DNA from: a virus
DNA length: 64,000 bases
Direction: 5' to 3' (one strand)
IMG/VR virus record: IMGVR_UViG_3300036985_002432
Coordinates: 1-64,000 of that record
Made by a program: the position numbers and the translations under genes. Positions 40,928-49,900 of the stretch are shown piece after piece. A model generated the notes under the pieces. It searched no databases and was not told the DNA's origin. It saw nothing but the letters and a program-made list of their open reading frames with translations. Each line of letters opens with the position of its first letter. Position 1 is the first letter of the stretch.

Positions 40928-43231
40928 ATGTATCATAAAGTAAGAATAACCAAATTACCAGGTAAAGCTAGAGGTGGTAAAATTAATGGTAATAGAATAG
41001 TACCAAATCAATCACTTAGTTTTGGTGGAGCAGATATGAAGTCTGGTCCTAAAAATATTAGTGTAGCTAATACTATCTCAGCAGTACCACGGAATCAAGC
41101 TAATTTAGAGGCTGAAGGAGGGGAAACTGTTTATGGTGACATTAATGGGGATGGTATGGCAGAACACCTTGTGATTAAAGGGCCAAGACATTCATCCGGT
41201 GGTGTTCCATTAAATCTTCCTGATGATACTTTTATCTTTAGTGATACTAGAAGTATGCGTCTTAAAGATCCTAATATGTTAGCACAATTTGGTAAGAGTG
41301 TAAAAAAAGGTCAGTCATATACTCCAGCAGAATTAGCTAAACAATATGATTTAAGTAAGTATAGAAAAATGTTACAAGATCCTGAGTCAGGTGATCTTGA
41401 AAGAAAAACTGCAGAGATAATGATCCGTAACTATACTATGAAGTTAGGAGCATTAGCATTAGCACAAGAAAGTAAAAAAGGCTTTCCTCAAGGTATACCA
41501 GAAGTGGCTAGACCATACATGGATGCTAATGATATTAAAGATGAAGACTTAATACCAAAGTTAGCTCAAGAACAAGAACAACAATCTGCTGAAGAAGAAG
41601 GTGCTGAGCAAGGTGAAGAACAGAATCCAGAAGAAGAAATGATGGAAGCTCCAGAGCAAATGCCTAATGGAGAACAAGTTGCTATGCCTCAAGAAATGCA
41701 ACAACCAATGGCTCAATATGGATATCAAATGACTGAAGATACAATGCCTTTTAATCCAGGTTATATGTATCCAGAATATGAAACATATGAGCAAACACCA
41801 ACTCAATATGCTAGAGGAGGTTCTTTGCCTAAAGCACAGGATGGTGCAGCAACTCCTCCATATGGAATGGATGAAGCATATACTCCTAAAGGTGTAGTAA
41901 GATTAAATCAATATAGAGTTAAATACGGTCTTCCTCCAATTGGTGGTAAAGGTAAACCACTTACTAAAGCAGATATTAAAAAAGCTGCAGGTGAAATGCA
42001 ACAAGTTATTATTGAAAAAAATCCTGAGTTAGTATTACACTATATTCAAAATAAAAGTCATGCACCAAGTAATGCTATTAAGCAAAAATTAGGTGTAAAA
42101 ACAAATGCTGATATTGCTAAAAAATTAAAAGAAGGAAAAATAAAAGCTTCTGATATTACCAGTGCATATAAAGATGACCAATGGTGGTACCGTGCTATTG
42201 ATACTCAATCTAAAGTTTTATCAAAGGCTGACTATGAAGCAAAAATGAAACAAGAAAATGCAATTTTACAAGGTGATAAAAAATATTTTAATGAAGATCC
42301 TAGTAATCCAGAAATGTATACTGAATATACAATGGCTGAAGATGCACCTATTGTAACTGAAGAAGAAAAAGATATTGAAGTTATTGATAGAGGAGATGAT
42401 GCTGAAGAACTTGATATAGAAGACGCACCAAGAAACGTTGATGCTCAATGGATGACACCAGATAAAATAAATTTTTATGGTGCTATGAAAGATAAGTCAA
42501 GAATTAAAAAGTTTATGCCTTGGGCTCCAAGAACAGAGTTAGAAGTACCAACTATGACTTACTTAGATCCTACTAGAGAGTTAGGTCAACAAAGTGAATA
42601 TGCAAACTTAATGGCACAGCAATTAGGTCAGTTTACAGGACCTCAAGCTTTTGCATCTAATATGTCTAGTATTCAAGGAACTGGTGCTGAACAAGCAGCA
42701 AATACTTTATCAAGAATTAATAATGCTAATGTATCTGCATCTAATTCATTTGCACAAAATGCTGCCAATATTAGAAACCAAGAACAAGGTATTAATCAAA
42801 CTTCAGCACAAACATTATATGATCAGAATACAATGGCTGATCAACAATTCTTAAATGCTAAAATTGCAGCAGATCAAAATGTAAGACAAGCATTTGGAAC
42901 TGGTTGGAAAAATGCATCTAACTTAGCTTTAACTAATGGATTGTATTCACAATATGATATAGATCCTAGAACTGGTAACTTATGGTTTGAAGGTGGTAAA
43001 GATATTGTACCTACTCATTCACAAGCAATTTCAGAAAGAGCAATGGAAATACATGATGGTGGAGTAGATGATTGGAAAATTGCATATCAAATGGCTAAAG
43101 ATGAATATAATCAAAATGATGTAGCTGCAGTTGATATGGAAGAAATCATGAATAACACATTAAAAAAAGGTGGTCAAGCAAACATGGGTTATGTTATGGG
43201 GTCAAATGTATTTCCCTTTATGTTTTACTAA
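40928..43231 (+). CDS. Putative cargo/ejection protein
   Basis: ATG at 40928 preferred (MYHKVRI parallels MKRRVRI upstream); EAEGGE and GPRHSSGG motifs; N/Q/A-rich helical C-terminus. Confidence 0.7.
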   Translation: MYHKVRITKLPGKARGGKINGNRIVPNQSLSFGGADMKSGPKNISVANTISAVPRNQANLEAEGGETVYGDINGDGMAEHLVIKGPRHSSGGVPLNLPDDTFIFSDTRSMRLKDPNMLAQFGKSVKKGQSYTPAELAKQYDLSKYRKMLQDPESGDLERKTAEIMIRNYTMKLGALALAQESKKGFPQGIPEVARPYMDANDIKDEDLIPKLAQEQEQQSAEEEGAEQGEEQNPEEEMMEAPEQMPNGEQVAMPQEMQQPMAQYGYQMTEDTMPFNPGYMYPEYETYEQTPTQYARGGSLPKAQDGAATPPYGMDEAYTPKGVVRLNQYRVKYGLPPIGGKGKPLTKADIKKAAGEMQQVIIEKNPELVLHYIQNKSHAPSNAIKQKLGVKTNADIAKKLKEGKIKASDITSAYKDDQWWYRAIDTQSKVLSKADYEAKMKQENAILQGDKKYFNEDPSNPEMYTEYTMAEDAPIVTEEEKDIEVIDRGDDAEELDIEDAPRNVDAQWMTPDKINFYGAMKDKSRIKKFMPWAPRTELEVPTMTYLDPTRELGQQSEYANLMAQQLGQFTGPQAFASNMSSIQGTGAEQAANTLSRINNANVSASNSFAQNAANIRNQEQGINQTSAQTLYDQNTMADQQFLNAKIAADQNVRQAFGTGWKNASNLALTNGLYSQYDIDPRTGNLWFEGGKDIVPTHSQAISERAMEIHDGGVDDWKIAYQMAKDEYNQNDVAAVDMEEIMNNTLKKGGQANMGYVMGSNVFPFMFY

Positions 43232-43234
43232 ACC

Positions 43235-43257
43235 TTATAAGTTTAGTAAACTTATAA
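43235..43257. repeat. Perfect inverted repeat (11-bp arms, 1-nt spacer)
   Basis: TTATAAGTTTA-G-TAAACTTATAA. Confidence 0.75.
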
Positions 43258-43294
43258 AATTTTAATATATTTACAATATAGATAAAGATTAATT

Positions 43295-43930
43295 ATGGCA
43301 ACGTATTTACAGTCAAGTCCCGGAATATATAAAATCACTAGTATGACTAATGGTAAGATATATGTTGGTTGTGCTTCTAATGTAAGAACTAGAATAAATG
43401 GACATCTTTATGATTTAAGAAGAGAAAAACATAAAAACAGTTATTTACAAAAAGCATGGCTTAAGTATGGTGAAGAGAGTTTTGTTTTTGAAATAATTGA
43501 AAAATGTGATATAACTGATTTACATGTTAGAGAACACTATTGGGTTAATAAATTTAATTGTCTAGATAGATCTATTGGTTATAATCTAAAACCAACAGAT
43601 CCTAATGGGTGTTCTATTCATTCTGAAGAAACAAAAGAAAAATTAAGACAAGCTAATAAAGGTAAAAAACCTTCAGCACTATGTATTCAAAAACTTAAAG
43701 AAAGAACTCTTTCTTCAGAACATAAAGAAATAATGAGAAAGTCAAGAGAAGGTATAGATTATACAAAATTACATAGAGAAAAAAGAGGAAAAAAGGTTAT
43801 AGACCAATCAACAGGAATTATATATACTTCATTAGCTGAAGTTTGTGAATTACTTGGAATAACTAAAGGTTCTTTTTCAAGAATACTATTAGGAAAAAGA
43901 AAAAATAAAACAACTTTTAAATACTTATAA
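43295..43930 (+). mobile_element. Free-standing GIY-YIG homing endonuclease (NUMOD3 and NUMOD1/HTH-like domains)
   Basis: GIYKI...IYVG, R..H, RE...GYN; HSEETKEKL; YTSLAEVCELLG. Confidence 0.9.
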
Positions 43931-43932
43931 CC

Positions 43933-46900
43933 ATGGCGACCTATTTAAGTGGTGTGACAGATTATATACCACAGTTTCAACCCTTTCAACCGGATTTGAA
44001 TTTCTATAATAATGTGTTACAAACAAAGCAAACACAATATGATAGTAACTATAAACAATTAAATAAAATTTATGGTAACTATTTTTATGCTGATTTGACA
44101 CATGGAGATAATATTCAAAGAAAAGAAGAACTGTTAAAAAATATTGATGTCAGCCTTAAAAAAGTATCTGGCCTTGATTTATCATTGGAACAAAATGTAA
44201 CTCAAGCAACTCAAGTTTTTAAACCATTTTATGAAGATCAATATCTTATGAAAGATATGGCCTTTACAAAAAACTATACAGCACAAAGAAATAGAGCTGA
44301 AGGTTTAAAGAATTCAACAGATGAAGAAAAACGTGGGATGTATTGGGCTGATGGTGTTGCTGCATTAGATTTTCAAAGAGAAGAATTTAAAGAATCTAAT
44401 ATAGGAGATACACTTAATATGGCAAATGCTAGTTACACTAACTATATTAATGTTCAAGAAAAAGCAATGAAGTTAACTAAAGAAGCTGGTTTATCAATTG
44501 AATCAGTAGACTTTAGTACAGATGGTAAATATATTGTTACAACTAAAAATGGTGAACAGTTAATGGAACCATTAAGTAAATTACTTGAATCTCAATTAGG
44601 ATCAGATCCTGCTATTCAAGAAGTTTATAGAACACAAGCCTATGTAAATAGAAAAACATATGCTGCAGGTAATGCTGCTCAATTTGGTGGTGATAAGAAT
44701 GCTGCTGAAATGAAATATCTTGAGACTAACTTTAACATGCTTAAAGCTCAACAACAAAAAAGATATGAGTCATTACAAGATGATTCAAAATCATATGAAT
44801 CTAGAATTAAAGATATACAAAAACAAATTGATGCTGGTAGTAAAAATCCAGACTTACCTAAATCTTTAGCAAGTTTACAACAGGGTAAACAAATAAATGA
44901 TGATGTACTTGCAAGAATACAAAAAGATAATGACTCTTTAAAGACAGATGAAAAAACTGCTACTACAACTACTGGATTTGTAAATCCTTATGGTGATATT
45001 AAATCATTAAGATGGAAAGTAGATAATGCTATGGCATCAATTTTAATGGAAAAAGATCTTGATGAGTCAGCTCAAATATTTGCTTTTAGAGATGCTAAAC
45101 AAAGTATGGTAGCAGATCCATTTGCAGTAAGTGCACAGAATCATTCATATAGAATGCAAGAAGTTGCTTCTGCTAATGCAAGTAGAGAAAGAGTTGCTGC
45201 TATTAATAATGCAGCTGCTGATAAAAGAGCAAAGAATACATGGGATTTAAGTACAGGTGCATATCATTATGATACAGAAAAATATATTAAAGATGCTAAT
45301 GGTGATGATATATTAAATCCTAATTATAATCAAGTTGTACCAAATGAATCTTATAGTAATACATTTAGTGAGTTTGAAGATAAAGATATTGCAACTGGAG
45401 AGATAAATGTTAAAAATTTAAGTAGAACAATTTCTCAAAGACAAACAGATCAATATGCTGTACCTTATATGCAACAGTCATTAGCTTTATTAGATAAGTT
45501 AGTAACAGAAGGTGTAATGACTAAAGATCAAGCTAACAAAATATTACATACTGAAAAAGATAAAACTATGACAATTGAGAAGTTCAATAAAGGACTTCAA
45601 GGTAATTCAGAATATTTTTTAAGAAATACAGTAGGTACAAATAGTTTAACTTGGATTAATAAAAAATTAAATTGGTGGGTAAAAAATAATAAAAGTGTAA
45701 GTGCTATTACTAAAGATGGTATTCCTGGTTATTCAAAAGCAAATGCTGACTTTAATAATTACATAGGTTATCTTGATGAAGATAAGAAATGGAGAAAAGA
45801 CAGTTCAAAATTAGTTGAAGATAAACTTAAGTCTCAAGGATTAAAAAATGCACAATATTTATATAAACCTGATGGAACATTAAGAAGTGAAGCTGAATTT
45901 ATGAAAGTTCTGCCTAAAGAAAGTAGAGAAGCTATAAATAACAAAGCAAACAAAGCTGCCGTAGATTATCTTACAGGTTTTTCTTTTGATAAAACTTGGA
46001 CAGGTATTAAAGAAATATCTAAAATAGCACTAGCTACAACTACTATGAATACAGCTCCAGCAGAACTTGCTAAGGCACTTGCTAATTTACCGGTTGCTCA
46101 GCGTGAAGCATATAAAAGAAAAATTGAAGAAGCTAAAAAAGAAGCAGGAGGTTATGAAGCTTTACTAAGTGCAGCTGGTAAATCATATTCATCAGCAACT
46201 ATGAAAAAAGTTCCACCAGGTATAAGTAGTATTGGTGAAATGAGTGGAGCTGGAGTATTTACTCCAAGTAGACAATCTATTAATGTAGCTCCATTAGCAT
46301 TTGGTACTAAAGGAAATGGTTACTTTCATGAATTTGCAAGAGACTTTAGAAAAATAGATTTTGCAACATCTGGTATTAGCTTCCATGGAACAAGTAGTAC
46401 TAAAGATACTGATGCAGGTAAAGCAATGATAAATGCTATGATTTCAGCAATGAATGATACTAAAAGTAAATTTAAACCCTTTAAAATGAGTAGTCAAGCA
46501 ATTGCTGGAGGATCAAGTAATAAAGGTGCAATGATATTACATCCTGATGCCGAATGGTTACAAAATTATATGAAAAGTGAAAAAGGTACAGCTGGACTTA
46601 TAACTGCAGATGATTATAATGCCATATTAACAAATGGTATTAGTGTTGTAAGTGATTCAAAAAACTGGACAAATGGTTTATATACTTCATCTTATTTAGA
46701 TCCACTTCAATCTGTTGTAGAATCTAATCCTAATGGTTATGAATGGAATGATCCTTATGGTAACTATAATATGAAGATTAAAAAGAATACAATGGGCACT
46801 GGTGATTATAATATTCAAAGAACTTATAGATTATTAAATCAAGAAACAGGACAATATGAAGAAGTTTCAACTTTAAATAATACTAGTGTAATTGGTAATA

Positions 46901-46971
46901 ATTTATCTAATGTTCAAAGAGGTATGTTTAATGAATCAGAAGAAGTAAGAACATATAATCAAGGATACTAA
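43933..46971 (+). CDS. Large putative ejection/cargo protein
   Basis: 1012 aa helical; first of three giant genes ending with the virion RNA polymerase, as in crAss-like phages. Confidence 0.65.
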   Translation: MATYLSGVTDYIPQFQPFQPDLNFYNNVLQTKQTQYDSNYKQLNKIYGNYFYADLTHGDNIQRKEELLKNIDVSLKKVSGLDLSLEQNVTQATQVFKPFYEDQYLMKDMAFTKNYTAQRNRAEGLKNSTDEEKRGMYWADGVAALDFQREEFKESNIGDTLNMANASYTNYINVQEKAMKLTKEAGLSIESVDFSTDGKYIVTTKNGEQLMEPLSKLLESQLGSDPAIQEVYRTQAYVNRKTYAAGNAAQFGGDKNAAEMKYLETNFNMLKAQQQKRYESLQDDSKSYESRIKDIQKQIDAGSKNPDLPKSLASLQQGKQINDDVLARIQKDNDSLKTDEKTATTTTGFVNPYGDIKSLRWKVDNAMASILMEKDLDESAQIFAFRDAKQSMVADPFAVSAQNHSYRMQEVASANASRERVAAINNAAADKRAKNTWDLSTGAYHYDTEKYIKDANGDDILNPNYNQVVPNESYSNTFSEFEDKDIATGEINVKNLSRTISQRQTDQYAVPYMQQSLALLDKLVTEGVMTKDQANKILHTEKDKTMTIEKFNKGLQGNSEYFLRNTVGTNSLTWINKKLNWWVKNNKSVSAITKDGIPGYSKANADFNNYIGYLDEDKKWRKDSSKLVEDKLKSQGLKNAQYLYKPDGTLRSEAEFMKVLPKESREAINNKANKAAVDYLTGFSFDKTWTGIKEISKIALATTTMNTAPAELAKALANLPVAQREAYKRKIEEAKKEAGGYEALLSAAGKSYSSATMKKVPPGISSIGEMSGAGVFTPSRQSINVAPLAFGTKGNGYFHEFARDFRKIDFATSGISFHGTSSTKDTDAGKAMINAMISAMNDTKSKFKPFKMSSQAIAGGSSNKGAMILHPDAEWLQNYMKSEKGTAGLITADDYNAILTNGISVVSDSKNWTNGLYTSSYLDPLQSVVESNPNGYEWNDPYGNYNMKIKKNTMGTGDYNIQRTYRLLNQETGQYEEVSTLNNTSVIGNNLSNVQRGMFNESEEVRTYNQGY

Positions 46972-49900
46972 TGGCAGAATCAAATACTCCTTTTAGTTCA
47001 CTAGATGCATTAGGTTCTGGCTATGGTGGAATTGAAGCACCAAATTTAGATGAAAAAAGTTTATCTCCTTTTGAAGGTGAAAGACTATCTATGCCTACAC
47101 CTGATTTTTCTAAGAGTCAACACTTTGTTCCAGTAGTACCTGGTTCAGATAATCTTGATAACAAACAACAACCTATTCATCAAGTTGTTGGAAATCCAGC
47201 ACAAAAGCCAGCTACAAGTAAAAGATTATCTCCAAAAGAATTTGGTAAAGCTCTTGCAGCTAAAGGTGATGCTGTAATTCAAGCAAATCAAGATAAAAAT
47301 GAATACTCAAGAATTTATTCTTATGATGCAGGTCCTGGTGGAAATGCATTCTATGATAGATATAAAGCATATGGTCAAGAGACTTTTGATAAAATAGGGT
47401 TTCATCCTTTCAGAGATAATGAGGCTATATTTAATGCTGGTACATCTGGATGGCAAGATACTAAAAGAATGATGAGTCATGCTTTTTGGCCTTTATTTTC
47501 AAGAGGTTTTGTATCAGGACCTAAGAGTTTAGCTAAAATGTTTCAAGGAGATTTTTCAGCTGATACAGAAGATGCTGAATTTTATTCTAGAGCAGCTGCA
47601 ATTGGTAACTCTACTAAAGGTGGTGTTGGTGGATTCTTAAATAATACAGCAATGAGTTTTGGATATACAGCAGGTATTATAACAGAAGCTGTACTTGAAG
47701 AAGCTTTAGCAATTGGAGTAACTGCTGTAACCGGTGGTGGTGCTGCCCCAGCAGCATTTGTAGCAACAGCTAATGTTGGAAAAAATTTAGCAAGAGGTCT
47801 TAGAGGACTTGAATATGCAGCTGATGGTATGAAAGCTGTTAATGCTACTATTAAAGGAGTAGAAAGTGTTGGTGCTGCTAGAAGATTTTGGAATGCAGCA
47901 AGAGAAAGTACTGCTATTACTAAAACTGCAAGATTTTTAAATCCATTAGAACATCTTACTGATGCTGCAGTTAAGATTGCTAAAAATGAAAATAACTTAA
48001 CAGGTTTAGCAAGATTAACAGATGCTGGTAGAAAAACTGTTGGAGGATTCTATGGTGAAGTAAGAGGAATTAACATGGCTTTATCTGAAGCTAGGTTAGA
48101 AGGTGGAATGAAACAAAATGATGTTTATAATAAGTTATATGATACTTATTATGCTAAACATAAAGAAGCACCATCTGATGCTTTACAACAAGACATGATG
48201 AATACTGCTAAAGAAGCAGGTATAAGTACACTACAATGGAATACTGCATTAATATTTATGTCTAATAAAATTGTATTAGATAATATTGTTGGTGTTAAAG
48301 GTAGAGGAGCAAGTTTTTTAGCTGCTAAAACAAAAGATGTATTAAACTTAGAAGGTGGTAAAATTGCAAGAACAACTGTAAAACAAACTTTAAAAAGTGG
48401 TAAAAAAATATTAGCACCTGTATTAAATTGGAGAAAACAAACATTAGTAAATACACTTAAATCATTTGCTAAAGATCCAATTAGAAAAAGTGTTACAGGA
48501 GGTATATCATATTTTAAAAAAAATATAACTGAGGCTTTACAAGAAAATGCACAAGATGTTATAGCACAAGCTACAGAAAGTTATTATATTGATTCTTTTT
48601 CAAATGATAAACTAGCTACATATGACTATGCAATGGGTCTTACAAAATCTGCTATCAAAGGTCAATTTACTGGTCAAGGTTTTGAAACATTTGCATCAGG
48701 TTTTGTAATGGGTATGTTTGCTGCACCATTAAACGGTGTACCACATTTATTAAATATTGGATATAATAAAGTTAAAAATCCTAAAGAATATGCTAAGTAT
48801 GCAGCTATAAGAGATACCTATGGAAAAAACTTAGTTAATGAATTAAGTAATGTAGATATGGCAGATTTCTGGAATGCAAATGCTATTGGATTAGGTATGC
48901 AAGCTGGAGCAGAAACTGTAAGATTAACAGGTACTGAAAAACAATCAAGAGATGCAGCTGATGCTTCATTTAATAAAGCAATGATTAGAGCTGCAGATAA
49001 TGATATGTTATTTCATTATAAAGAGACTTTAGAATCATATAAAGATTTAACAGCAGAAGAATTTGAAGAAGCTGTACCAAGTATACCAGCTGGAGAAGGT
49101 GCTAAGTATTTAGAAAAATTAGATACAGTTATTAGTAAGATTGATAGGATAGAACAAAAGCATGAGTATTATAAAAAGAATTTTCCTAATCCAATTAACT
49201 TAAGTCAATTAAATAAAAATAGTGCAGATTATAATGATGCCGTAACAACCCATCATGCATGGAATGTTGCAGTAGGTAATGCTGTATTTTTAAATGGGTC
49301 TTTTGATAATACAATGGAAAGGATGTCTAGTATTGTTAAAGATATTACATCTAATGGCCCACTTAAGAAAGCTACATTTAATGATATTAATGTTTTATTT
49401 GATAATAAAAAATTAATCAATGAAGTTGATATGCTTGAGACTAATATAGAAAGCTTAAAGACATTACCAAAAACTGCAGAAAATACAAGTAAAATAGCAA
49501 TACAAACTAAAAAATTAGAAACACTTAAAAACTATAGAGATGAATTAAATGTATATCTTCAACTTGATAGAAATAAAAAGAATATAATTGATAAGTTTAA
49601 AAAAGAAAATCCAGATGCTTCAATTGAAGAACTGGAAGAAGAATATGATGAAGTACATAGTGAACAAAAAGATAAACTAGAAGCTGTTTATAAAGATTAC
49701 TTAAAAGTATTAGCTAAAGAATCTAATGATCATATTTTTAATAAAGATATTGATGAATCTTTTGTAAAGTTAATTGACTTCCATTCATTAGAAAATGAGT
49801 CACAAGCACTTGTTGAAAATATAAATCTATTACATAATCCAAAAGAATTTGTAGAACATGTACAAAGAAATAAAGTTTGGATGAAAGATTTATATGATAA

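Noticed and set aside
43295-43932. Group I intron or intein around the GIY-YIG gene
   Set aside because: The ORF fills the whole insert and ends in a stop 2 nt before a new ATG, leaving no room for a ribozyme core; no intein termini
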